Positions 51,751 through 63,971 of a DNA stretch of 63,971 nucleotides are shown in pieces. This DNA is from Rhynchobatus australiae (lineage: Eukaryota). Location: the NCBI GenBank assembly GCA_034780895.1, contig JAUZTB010000066.1, forward strand, positions 22,666,242-22,730,212. The letters are read 5' to 3'. A program made the position numbers and the translations under genes. Each line of letters starts with the position of its first letter. The first letter of the stretch is position 1. The notes beneath the pieces are model-generated. The model saw only the letters and a program-made list of their open reading frames with translations. It did not search any database and had not been told where the DNA came from.

Positions 51751-53486
51751 GCACCACCTTATGAAATAAAACTGGCCATGCCTCACTAGAGCCAAAACCT
51801 CCTGTAACCATTATTAAACTGAAAGTGGAAATATTCAATCTTATCCTCCTTGGTGTAGAAGGATGATTTTAACAATTCCTACTCCTTAATGGATGCATGC
51901 AGTATATTTCAAACTTTTTAGTTGAGGAAATGAGGGCTAACTTAGTTGGTCAGGGCCATGATACCAGGAAGCAAATATTGACTAGAATTCCTTCTCGTAA
52001 TAGCTGTTTAATAGTTACTGTTGGAAAGATACACATTTGGTAAGAATGCGATCATGATTAAGGTGGTGCTGTCCAAGACTGGATTGCCCATTGACATCAA
52101 CCATTTGGTCACTTGAGAACTCTTCTTATCTATTACATTTAAGAATCTCTTGAATAACCACATTCAGCACGATAAGGGAAAAATTAGAGCAGGGTGGTAN
52201 NNNNNGTGATTTTCCCTTAAGACATTAATGATACTAAAGTGATTAGGAAGAATATCCTTCAGCCCTGAAAGAAAATGTTCAGTGAAGAAGAGGTTTATGC
52301 AACATGCCAGATAAGGCATCAGTACTGCTTTTTACTAGTGACAGCAAGAGGGAAACATGAATTATCAAGGTCACGTCCCATCTTTGGAAACGATAAGGTA
52401 TTTTGTCAGCGGTAATTAGTTTCCAATTATGGTCAAAATATTATATTATAACCACTTTGTTGTCTGGTGACAGCCTTTGATCATGTTGCTTCAAAATCTG
52501 GCAGTATTTATGGCTCCATGTGATGTATGCTTCCTGTCAGACTTGAAATAACAGTAAATGCTGCTGAACAGGCCCCACCTGCTGAGCTGAATGCTCCAAA
52601 TCCCTCTGGCAGGTCAGCCCATTCCTCTGCAGAGACAGTTTCCGCCTGTCGTGGAGGTAGTTTACAGAAGCTACAAAACAGGAATATGTTTTTGAAGAGG
52701 CTTACAAAATCTAAATGACGCTGACAATATTCTTCCTAAGTTTGCAAAGCACTCAAATCTCCAAAGCCTTGGGTGTCTTTTTTTTCATGTGACACATATA
52801 AGCTGATATAAACCTGTCAGAAAACCTGTTGCCAAAGCTTCCCTTGAACATAATCCAATCTTATTCTTGCAATGTTCTGAGTATGCTTGGTGACATGTTA
52901 AGCCTTTGAGTATTACATTCCCTCTGGAGCTTTAGATTTCCACTACCATCATAAAAAATGGTTGGAGAAACTGACAACATAATGTTTAATCACTTGTAGC
53001 AGAGTATTCTCCTGATTAAATTGATTTCTAACAAAAACATGAATAAAGGCACCATGAAAGTCAAGTGAGAAATGTTTGCGCTTCAAATTTTGCATCAGAT
53101 CTTTTCTTCCTCAGCTTTTCCATTAATGTTTTAATGCAAGCAGCTGTAAAATTTACCATTCATACAAAGCATGTTGCATTTTTTAATGAGGTTATGCTGC
53201 ACTGATAAGTCACTTCATACTAAACTACTTGCAGAACAGTGACATTTTGAAGAAAATTTTCCTGGTGACTGCATTAATTAGTTTTAATGATTCTTGCTTG
53301 AAAATCTTGACAAGGATTATTTCCTTGTGGGTTGAATTTCTGGTGTTCCAAATACAAAGCCTGCACTATGCAAGATACTCAATAACTGTAAATCTACCTG
53401 GGAGCTCTTAGTTGTGCTATTTAGGGGAGGTTCTATAGTTTGACTTTCTGCAGGAAGATTGCGCTCTAAAAGCTTTTAAAAATGGC

Positions 53487-53558
53487 ATTATTATGAAGAT
53501 TGCAGTGGAATTATAGTGCAGGACTGGGCCACAATTCTGCTGCAATCTTCATAATAAT
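53487..53558 (+). repeat. Inverted repeat: 26-bp stem, 20-nt loop
   Basis: attattatgaagattgcagtggaatt (53487-53512) pairs with aattctgctgcaatcttcataataat (53533-53558): 24 Watson-Crick pairs plus 2 G-U pairs on the + strand. Confidence 0.9.
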
Positions 53559-53829
53559 TTCAGCTGCTTGATTTTAGCAAAGTATTTGCAACTCATAGTG
53601 TTAGTATCAGTAATGTTTTCTTTTGGGAAATCCAAGCCATTTTAACTCATAAACTTCACAGGAAGTGGATGAGGTGCTCCCTCTTGTATGATTAAAAATG
53701 CCAGTGTAACAAGGTAGATTTCTCTCGGACACAGCGCAAATTCAGATGAATGGAATTATGTGCGCCTTCAGGTTAATGAATGAAATCAACCAATGTTATA
53801 GTTGGATTTGACTTCAGATGAGGAATTGC

Positions 53830-54010
53830 TAACAACTTGTGTTCGTGTAGTGCCTTTAACTGACCACTGTACCTATTGGTGTTCTACAGGGGTCCAATCC
53901 AGCAGAATTTCATACCAAGTCAGATGAGCAATTAGGACAAATGTTAAAAGGAGCTTCACCAAAGATGAAACAGAAGTGGAGAGCTAGAGATTTGGGAAGG
54001 GAATTATAAA
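53830..54010 (-). mobile_element. L2-like 3' end, degenerate
   Basis: aacaacttgtgttcgtgtagtgcctttaac tail and gagatttgggaagggaatt. Confidence 0.5.
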
Positions 54011-56696
54011 GTTCTGCATCTCGACAGAATAACAGAACCTGAAGTAACATGGGATCTGTGGTTTCGGCAGAGATTGTATCTTGTCTAAAATGACAACAAC
54101 TGAATCAAAATAGTGACACATACTCAGAATAAGTTATAGGATTCGGAATGACTGACTTATCCAGAATATCACAGTTATGGAACCCAGGATATAGCTGTAC
54201 AGCTGTTACAAATGCAACATTAATATAACCAATGTGTATGATTGTAAATTTGTTAAGTGAGAATATTGGATGCTTCCAACACTAAGCTGTCAGAACATCT
54301 AGAGGAGACAAATAATGACAGAAGTTAGCTTGTAACGCTAACGACACCACTGCTACTGAAAAACTGCTGCTGCTCCAGCCAGTGTCCTCTCTTACGTTTA
54401 CATGACTACACTGTGTTCAGCAGAAGCAGGATCCACCTCCTCCCTTCATCCACCCACCACTGGTATTTCAAAGATCATTAGTTGCTTGGAGATTTGTTGC
54501 TGTTTTATTTCTGTTGCATATTGCCATGATTCTGCAAGTGTTTGATGCCTTTTGGATTTCTTTGCAGTTGTTAAAGTTGACATGCTGTGGTGAATCAGGC
54601 ACAAAAACACTTTGTCTTAAATCCAGTCTTCTGATTAACCAGTTTTCCCAAGACACAAGTGTATCGATAGGTATTCCCCTTGGAGTGCAACATGACCAAT
54701 AGATTGAGTGGAGAGCATAGAACAAGACAACTTGTTGGAAGAAGAAGGGAAGTAAGGCTCAAAACAGGTTGCTGCCTCTGTACGGGGTCTTTTGGAGAGC
54801 AATTCTCATGCCTGAACCTCAGTAAAGAGTTAATTCAGTAATGATATCCTCACTAAAATTTGTCAAAAGCTCCAGCCACAACTATAACTTCATCCCAGGT
54901 GAGCCCACTTTGCTGATCACTGTGGCCATGAGCTAAGTTTCAGACTCATTCAAGGCTGGATATTCACAACATCTTGCAGGATGCCATTTCTTGTTACATA
55001 ATGAAGATCAGTTGGGCACTCTACACCTTCAAAAACAATCCTAGTTTGTCTCATTTCTCCTCATTTAACCCTTGGAGCTCACAGATTATTATACTGCCCC
55101 CAAGGCCAGAGGTTTAGGCTCCATAATTTTCCTTGAGTGAGTTTCTGGTCCTTATGAACAACATTTAGATGTTTTGCTGCATTATTTTAGTAATTCAAAT
55201 TATTGTTGCTGTAAATGCATTATATTTTAATTTTTACTGTGCAGATCCTTTTTGTTTCATATGATCCATATGAATGAAATACAATACCTTGACCAAACTC
55301 TTATTCTCAGTCACGNNNNNNNNNNNNNNNNNNNNNNNNNNNNNNNTTTGATGTGCAGCCGCTGGTGTCTCTGATCCAAATCTTGCCGAGAGTACCATGC
55401 CAATTCTGTCTGACTTGAACTGGGAACCCAGACACAACTGATTGTTGATGTTACAAGCTTGCAGCTTAGAGACTTTCTCTGGAGAATCTCTAAATCAGGG
55501 CTGCTGCTCAGGATCAGGATGTCAGTGGGAGCCATGTTGATCGGACTACGTTCTGTGCATTTCTTCCAACTCCACTGTTGAGTGTTCCTGAACAAGCAAC
55601 TTTGTCAATAATGTAAATTATGGCCCTTTACTGTTTTGAACTGGGTATCAAATTTCAATGATTATTTTTATCATCTCTTAATGAATCTTTACATTAATGG
55701 CTTTCAAGCAGATCTTTCTGTTGGTACATCGATGAATTGATCTTGCATCCTACCTGACATTTCCTTTCATTACCTGCCTGGTTTCTCCTTTCTCCTTTCT
55801 TATTGCATTTTACAGTTTGATGATTGGACACTTGTGCAGAAGTTCCAAACAAAGTCATTAATATTGGCTGGTAAATATCAACATTTTCTCCCACACAAAC
55901 CAGAAACTCTGAGACTTGAGTGTTTTAGCTTCAATTGTGGAAGTCCTGAACTTGCTGATGGATTCAAGCCAGCAATGTTAGCAGTACAATCCACTGACAG
56001 ACTCCACACAGTAAGATTAGGATCTGCAAGAATAGTCTTTTCAATGGGGAACTTACAGCTGTGAAGTAGGATAGTAAGAGTAAAGGAAGTTACTATTTTA
56101 TTAATTGTTTGTGTTTGCACTGATTGTATTGATTATTTTACATGATTTCATGTCAAATATCACTTAATCATTTTTTTTCAACATCATGTTTCATTTCTAT
56201 TGGTCTTAGGATGCTTCTGAATATCATGGATGCTCATAATCATTTTAAGCACTTGACAGATTTGACAAATGGCAGAAATGAGAGCATGGTGTTCCCTCTG
56301 GTGAAGGTTTCCTCAGTAGTTTTGTGAATGGGTCTTGTTTTGGCCAATAACTTTGTGCAAGACCCTTGCACCACTCAGGATTTCATTACTTGGTCCAAGG
56401 CAATCATGGCCAACAAATACAGCCTCACAATCCAAACCAAGTAAGTGTAGGTCAAGGGGAATCAGAGAAGCAAGTACTGGGAGGAGCAACAATCAGCAAG
56501 TCCGGGCCATTAATCAACAACAGGAAAATTAAATCACTTCTGTATTTACAGTTGCAAAGTCACCATTTTGTTATTTGGTAAAGTTTTGTTTTTTCACTTT
56601 AGTAATTTATATATTAAATGTTGCATATTAGTTAATATATGTAGTATCTTAATAACCTGAATCTCCACGCGTTTCAATAGATCCTCTTCCATATGT

Positions 56697-56856
56697 AAAA
56701 CAGTACAGATGTTGGAAATCTGAATGAAACACTCAGCAGGTCAAGCGATGTTTCAGGTCAATGAACCTTCATCAGAACCTGAAGCATTAACTCTGTTTCT
56801 CTCTCCACAGATGTTGCCTGACCTACTGAGTGTTTCCAGCATTCTCTGTTTCATTA
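56697..56856. mobile_element. Inverted Penelope pseudo-LTR mini-element with hammerhead core
   Basis: Arms aaacactcagcaggtca and tgacctactgagtgttt. Minus-strand gtt-CTGATGA-AGGT-tcattg-ACCT-GAAA-CATC at 56747-56778. Confidence 0.75.
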
Positions 56857-57767
56857 GCAGATACTCTTGCGTGGTTTATCACCTCCCAGTGAACTTTGTT
56901 GCAGGAGCAGTGGAGAAGTAGAATGTGTGGTGGCAGGAGACCAGAAATAAATATAGTACTCTGTTACATTTATGTGGCTGTGTGAGAGATCAACCAATGA
57001 GCACTTCAAAAAAGATATTTTATTTCAAGTTTCTAACATCAAATTTTTTGCTGATGTGTTGGTCGGATGTAATATACTGCAGGTTATGAGTTCTCCCCGC
57101 TGGGACTGAATGCCAAGCCTGCATTCAAAAAGATAGCAGAAGCTTCTGACACATTTTGTGGTGTATGTATGTGGAGTCTGTGAAACGGAAAGGAAAACAG
57201 CTTCTTCTGTCAAACTGTCAGCGAAATGAGCTTTTATATTCAGTCAGCGCTGGGTAAAACATTGAAGAGTTTTTCAATGGCAAGTATGTGCTAGCTCCCT
57301 AGTGAGATCAGAAATATATTTCAGGTGCACAATTGCATACCAAAGTATTGTGTAACTACATCTCTCAATATCTTCACCCAATCACTGCCCATGTATGGTA
57401 TGAACTAAAGGAAATTGTTTCTGCTTAAGCCATATTGTCTTGTTTAAGGGTCTGCAGAGTCTGCCGCTTTTCACGTAAACACCACAATCAGTTGATTGCC
57501 AAGTGTGCACAGCAAACCTTAGCCTAATTCAGACCCCAAAGGGCTTATTGGAAACTATCCTGACAGAAGTGCAATATAAAAATAAATAAGAATATGTAAG
57601 AANNNNNNNNNNNNTTAATTTCAAAAACATGAAATGTTATTTGGAACTGTATGTTGAGATAGTTTTACGTATAGTGGGTGAGTGCTTAAGATCTTCCTAT
57701 AGTCTGCTGAGTAATGACAGAACTGCAGTTTAGACAGGAAGAATTGAAATTGGAAAGTTGCTGTTTG

Positions 57768-57845
57768 AATCAGAATCAGATTTATTATCACGGTCTTACA
57801 ATGTGAAATTTGTTGTTTTGCAGCAGCAGTACAGTGCAAAGACTA
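57768..57845 (-). mobile_element. LINE extreme 3' tail (Rex1-like)
   Basis: aatcagaatcagatttattatcac..gtgaaatttgttgttttgcagcagcagtacagtgcaa: a tandem hexamer tail plus aataaa on the minus strand. Confidence 0.55.
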
Positions 57846-58811
57846 TGTTCTGATGATGTATGTGGAAGCATTACAATCAACACACACACCTCAGGTTTAA
57901 CTGGCTGGGTTTAGGAGGTGTTCAGTAGAAATAATACCTGGGATCCATTAATGAGTTCCCTCTGCCCAGATCTCATTGAAATAATATGCTCTGATTTGTA
58001 TGTGTATTGCTATTCCTTCATCATCATTTGGTCAAAATCTTGGAACACCCAAATCATCAGGAATGTTTTAGAATCTCTTCACCCTACAGACAGCAGTGCT
58101 TCAAGCAGATTCTCCCTCCAGTGGAAGCTCTGCAGGAACCTGTGAATAAATCCATAATGCAAGGGAAGTAGCAATATAGAGATCTGGAGTCATCAAGAGG
58201 TCCATCTAAAGCAGGAAGTTGTTGCCAGGAAAGGCCACAGGTTTCCTTCTGAGGCCTTGAGGAACATTCCTTTACTTCCTGGTTCAACGTAGGATAAGCA
58301 AAATCCTTACCTTTTCAGCCTTATCTATTTAGCAGGTCCTGACTGGATTCACCAGTCAAGAAAACAAAGATGGTTAATCCATTTCACCTTCAAACTCAAA
58401 CACTGTTGTGAGGACCAACGTGCATAAGTAAAGAAGGACTTCTCTGGTTTTCAAAAAGCATCCAGCTCAGGAGTACATTGCTGGTATTTTAGTAACCAGA
58501 TAATTTTAATTTCCCATACATCCATTGCGAACTGGCAGGTGGGGTTAAAATCACTTCCCGAAATTAACACAATTTTGCACAAAGTGTTTCAGTTGGCACA
58601 TAAGACAACAGTTTGTTCTAATGTACCTTAAACAAATTTGGGCTATATTATATTTACTAAAAACTTCAATGTACGATACTGCGGGAAATGATTGGACAAT
58701 CATATTTGCATTTGAAAATGCATCCGATGATTGCTTAAAGAAGAACAATTGTCAAGCATGTGGAGAGATGAGAAGAAAGTAAGACAATTGTAAAGGAAGG
58801 GAAGCAGAGCA

Positions 58812-58905
58812 ACTATGTTACTGGACTTGCAACCCACTGGCCTCCAAAAATGATCTGAAGATATGAGTTCAAATCACACTGAGGCAGCTGGAAATTTAAA
58901 TTGTT
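58812..58905 (+). mobile_element. tRNA-derived SINE head
   Basis: atgttactggact..atgatctgaagatatgagttcaaatcacac..ggcagctggaaatttaaatt, containing the B-box-like gagttcaaatc. Confidence 0.5.
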
Positions 58906-59694
58906 CATTAAGTACTCTGAAGATAAAGAGTAAAGTGGTGAGAGAAATAACACAAGGGAAAAGACACCAACCTATCTGTTCCAAACACATCAGTTTGTGG
59001 CCTTGTGGTTGTAAGTGTCTGTTTGGAGATTTAGTCCTGTATTCACACTGAGGACAACCTCTATTTTGTTTGTGTGGCACTACCACCGAGGTAAGTGCAA
59101 TAGATTTGACACAAGTTTAGCATCTCAGAACTGGGCCAGCATTAGAGTTGTATTTCACCATCATTTATAATTTCATGCCCAACATAATCAAACGTGATTC
59201 GGGATCAACCTGAGTGTTAGAGACCTGCCAGGGACAGCAGAAGACTGTTAAAATAGTGAGGCACCAACTGGATGAAACTGTAGCACAGGACAATATACAT
59301 TCCAAATAGTGAAAGCTGCAGATTATAGGTAGCTCTAAGTGATCTCACAAAATTGGTAGACTTGTTATATCTGGTCATGTATGATGCTGTGAAATTAAAC
59401 AAGTAACCAGAGGAGGTTCCAAGAATACACACATTGTCAGGCAGCCATTCTCAACAGTGCATGAATACCAAAGACAAAGCCATAGTCCTTGCAATGTCTT
59501 CAGTCTGAACAGCTTAGTGGTTGATCTGTCTTGGCTTCCTCCTAACGCCCCACAAATCTCAGAAGCGAGACTTAAGCCAGTTTGATGACATCTACATGAA
59601 ATAAAGAAATGATTGAGTATACTAGGTACAGCAAAGGCTAAGGCCTAGACAAAACGCTGTTAGTAATAGTCAAACTACTCGAGTGTAGCTACAA

Positions 59695-60236
59695 NNNNNN
59701 NNNNNNNNNNNNNNNNNNNNNNNNNNNNNNNNNNNNNNNNNNNNNNNNNNNNNNNNNNNNNNNNNNNNNNNNNNNNNNNNNNNNNNNNNNNNNNNNNNNN
59801 NNNNNNNNNNNNNNNNNNNNNNNNNNNNNNNNNNNNNNNNNNNNNNNNNNNNNNNNNNNNNNNNNNNNNNNNNNNNNNNNNNNNNNNNNNNNNNNNNNNN
59901 NNNNNNNNNNNNNNNNNNNNNNNNNNNNNNNNNNNNNNNNNNNNNNNNNNNNNNNNNNNNNNNNNNNNNNNNNNNNNNNNNNNNNNNNNNNNNNNNNNNN
60001 NNNNNNNNNNNNNNNNNNNNNNNNNNNNNNNNNNNNNNNNNNNNNNNNNNNNNNNNNNNNNNNNNNNNNNNNNNNNNNNNNNNNNNNNNNNNNNNNNNNN
60101 NNNNNNNNNNNNNNNNNNNNNNNNNNNNNNNNNNNNNNNNNNNNNNNNNNNNNNNNNNNNNNNNNNNNNNNNNNNNNNNNNNNNNNNNNNNNNNNNNNNN
60201 NNNNNNNNNNNNNNNNNNNNNNNNNNNNNNNNNNNN
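59695..60236. other. Assembly gap
   Basis: Run of N. Confidence 1.
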
Positions 60237-61644
60237 CAAGGGCAATTATGGGTGCAGAATAGACACCAGCCTGTCAGTGATGCCCATATTCCATTTCTGA
60301 ATTGGACTTCGAGATTGACATAAAAAGGAGGAAGATTTCATTGTAACATCTTCCCCTGGGTGTTGGCTAAGCTAAAAACGAGCCAGAATTGTGAACAACC
60401 TTCCTTTATGGTACAGATTTCCATTTTATATTGACTTTCAGGTGGGCCATTGCCAGCATAAGGACAGTGTACTGAACAGTAATGTCCCCAAGTAGGCAAG
60501 TAACCTTCCGACCCTCTGAGTGTACACGCCCATGATGAATGATCATTCCGCAGAGCTACTGGAGAACAATTTTTAAAACAGAACCCAGAACAAGCGTTTC
60601 AAGAGGCATAGGGATAGGGAAAAAAAAGTCAAAACATCAACTCTGTGAACCACAAATTTGTGGAGTTATTGCCAACAACAAAAATTACTGCTGACCCTAT
60701 CTGATATCACAGTGAATGCATTAACATACTGGAAATCACAGTGAGATAGCATTTTGAAGGCTATAATTGCAGTAAGCTATAATGCTGACAATTATTCCGA
60801 TTACTGTGACTAAGGTTAATCAGAGAATTACATAATTAAAGAAATGTTCTCTGGTCTCATTGAATTGGCTAATTCTACTTAATAATGTTTGACATTAGAC
60901 ATATAGAGAGGATACCAGTTTTACAGCATACAAATTATCATGCCATCTGTATTTCAAAAGCTGCAAGTGACATTCTGTACTGTAAGCATAATATATCACT
61001 GTACTAGAAGAGGACCATAACTGTGATAAATTTGTCAGAGAGCTTCCCAGCATCCTTTAGAAGTTGGAGGTGGTTACATTCTTGTGGACCTTTTTGGGTC
61101 TCCCTCATTTGGGTCTTTAAGGCGAGTGACCGGGAAGCATGCCTCATTGGCTTTAGATATTAACTTTTATGCCAATTGCTGTTTCAGGCTGGCATAACAA
61201 ATGGACTTTACCTGCTGCCTGCAAACACCAGAGCCTCCCTCCTTGCCCAGGGATACCCATGAGAGTGACAGAACAGAAAGTTGCCCTCAGGCACCATCTG
61301 CTTCTGCCATATTCCACTCTAAGCACTGCCTGCACATCTGTCGTGGGGAGCAACCTTCCTGACAAGTTATTTTGATGGATTTCATCTGCGTTTCTGGGTT
61401 TTGTTTTGTGTTTGAACTGCTTAAAGGATGAATGTTAGTCCTTGCTTGCCTGAACGCCGAAATATATCCTTGCAGACCAAGAAGCTATTCCCAAGCCATT
61501 AAAGATATGTGACTGGGGTCTGGGGGATGTGAAATAAAGTTGTCCTGTTGTTCGTGGCAGTTAGTTGTGCTGCTTCAGGCTGCTCTGAAGCAAGTTGGTT
61601 CTGCTGATTATATCAGCAGGATATCAAATCACTGTCCAACACCA

Positions 61645-61800
61645 TCCCTTGCATTTATATAGCACCTTTAATGTCCCTCATTAAAGTGAAAGTGACTTGA
61701 TGTAGAACGTGGCACTGATTCACTTAAAGATAGCTGACTAAACACTTGTTCAAAGAAGTAGGTTTTCAGGAATATCTTAAAGGAGGAGGGAAAAATTCTA
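61645..61800 (-). mobile_element. L2-like 3' end
   Basis: cttgcatttatatagcacctttaatg tail..cttgttcaaagaagtaggttttcaggaatatcttaaaggaggag. Confidence 0.7.
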
Positions 61801-63971
61801 ATTTTTAGGGACTGTGTATGACCTCACGCCCTTCACCAAAGAGACAAAGTAACCTGAGGATTCATGATAAAAACTCAGAACGTTGTGGGGCCGGTATCAT
61901 CCACCATCAGCTATATTTCTTATTGAGTTGAATGGATAATCATTGTTCCTTTGTTTTGCTTGCGTTGCTGTTTTCCATTAAATTTGCATTGCAACACATT
62001 AAACATCATTCAGTCTATTAGCCAGGTACCGTGATGGGAAACTTTGGTCTCAACTACCCACACCTCCACCCCATTTTCACCCAGAACAAATTATTGAGTT
62101 TAATTTAGGCTATGCTTTACAATAGGCCAGTCAGAGATAGCAAAACAGCCTCTCAGCATTGATGGGCAGGCAGGAGTGAAGGGCAGCCGCAGCACTCAAA
62201 CCTGCAACCATCTGCTTAAGAGGTAGGCGAGCTCTCTGCTGCTGCACTGCTGGGCTGCGCTGGCAGCTGTTCACTTTCTTAGTTGGGTTTAGGTCTGGTC
62301 TATGGAGGAAGCAGATTTTTACAAATAAAAGCACGTCATTTTGGAGGCCTCCCAATTTCCCACCAAGATCTTGTAAAGCTGCAGCAGGCTGTAGGTATAA
62401 TGATTTTGCACAAAATGCTACAGTTGTATTTCAGATGCCAGCAACTGAAATAATTGGGGTAGTCTTACTGTGCAAATGACCAAATGTAATGCTCTGCGAT
62501 TTGTCTGAATTTAAGACCCAGGTTATATTACCAAGTGGGTTAAATTACGCTTCTTCGTTCATTCTGTATAATGCTGAAATTATACAGAAAACAAGTTGAG
62601 CAGAGTTTACAGAAATGAGATACTAATATGTGTGCTCAGTCAATGAGAGGCCATCAGTATATCATGGAATCTTGTAGGCTCATTGCACTGCTCATATTGC
62701 ACTCCTGTGAAGTGGTCTTCACTTAGCTTTGATGAAAAATATATGCTGTAATTCCAATAGAAAGCCACCCACATTGAAGGTAAGTAGTTTGAAAATGCCA
62801 CATTTGGATAGTCTCATCCAGTAGTATGGCCTGATGTAACTACAAAGCTCTCTTTGTCCTCACCAAAATGGAATGCAGAACTGCCAGTATCCCTTGGATC
62901 TTATTTCCTTCAAAAGGTGGAGATACAGCATAATGTTGGACCAAGATGTTCTGACTAAAAGTACAAGTCAGATTTATTGCAAGAAGTGAAAACAAAATAA
63001 ACAGCAGATAAACATAATTAGCACAGTTTTAAAACTTGAAGCTGTCACTTAAATGTAATTTATCATGTATGCATATTATTAAGGTTGAATTTAAAGAAAT
63101 GTTTTCCTGAGTAATTTCCGCATCCTTTGAACCCTATGATACAGAAGTAAATTATTGAACCATGAGCAAAACAGGCTAGAGCTACTATCCAGATATACCT
63201 TTTATTTTCTTTAAAGTGGAAGCTGGTGACGAAGTTCTTTCCAATCCAGGGGTAATTATATAATATGAAGTATTTCCCCTATTTGGGTATTGGAGGGTGT
63301 GGGATACATGTGTGCTGTGTCAAGCCTGATGCATACTCTTTCATAATTCCAGCTGGTGCAAAACCTCTTTATAGTTATGGAAATTCATGATCAGTCACTT
63401 CTGTTTCTTATCACTGAAACAAATTTCTTCCCGAAGTCATTTCACAAACTGATGATAATATCTTTGCCATGGGATGTCAATAATTTGCCTGTCATCTTTT
63501 GTAGATAATAATATGTTGTGTGAAGTGAAAAGGTTTGGATGAGTAGACATGGATTGCTGAGATTAGAGGAATAACACACCATTGAGAAAGGATAATTAAA
63601 TGGAGAGAGAATAATGGAAAGAGTGATATCACAATGAGGATTTGGTTTCCCTTTGAACAAAGTCCACCGGAGTCTATTTTAATGTTGCACATTAGTAATC
63701 AGTTAGGGCTTGAGTAAGGTTTCTAACTGTGACCTTTTATATTAACCACCTTGCAACAACCAGGTTGAATTTAAAGCCAGCCATTTATTTAATGATATAA
63801 ATTACCATTATTGTCCGAATGCCTGTGCTTTGCAAAACATAATTCTGTTTGTGTACTGCCCTGCATCTTGCACAGGATGAGCATTTGGAGACGCTTCACT
63901 TTTTATCAGTGGCTTTACTCCAACTCTGATGGTGAGGATTAAGTTCTCCCCTCTCTGAATCACCCACTGTC

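Noticed and set aside
55380-55470. TMPILSDLNWEP peptide resembling the LINE motif PxLxxLHWLP
   Set aside because: Too short and degenerate to call.

Overview
AT-rich, gapped (16 N-runs) vertebrate genomic DNA, intergenic or deep intronic. No host protein-coding gene is recognisable. The repeat complement points to a cartilaginous fish, probably a batoid (inferred from recalled repeat families, not from a database search). It includes CR1/HER1-type LINE fragments (the best is a ~2.5 kb endonuclease+RT remnant at 42335-44896), L2-like and Rex1/Babar-like 3' ends, V-SINEs and Deu-domain (SacSINE1-like) SINEs. The most interesting signal is a family of Penelope-like element (PLE) pseudo-LTR derivatives carrying minimal type I hammerhead ribozyme motifs. 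At least seven copies occur, and one (36184-36220) keeps a complete catalytic core, stems I/II and a GUC site. A frameshifted GIY-YIG endonuclease remnant (45010-45262) links the family to Penelope and hosts a three-level nested insertion. Also noted: a 26-bp-stem hairpin at 53487-53558, a V-SINE with an apparent Rex1-type tail, a diverged local ~90-bp duplicate, and several repeat-poor, motif-rich blocks that may be conserved non-coding elements. Repeat boundaries are estimated by eye and are approximate.
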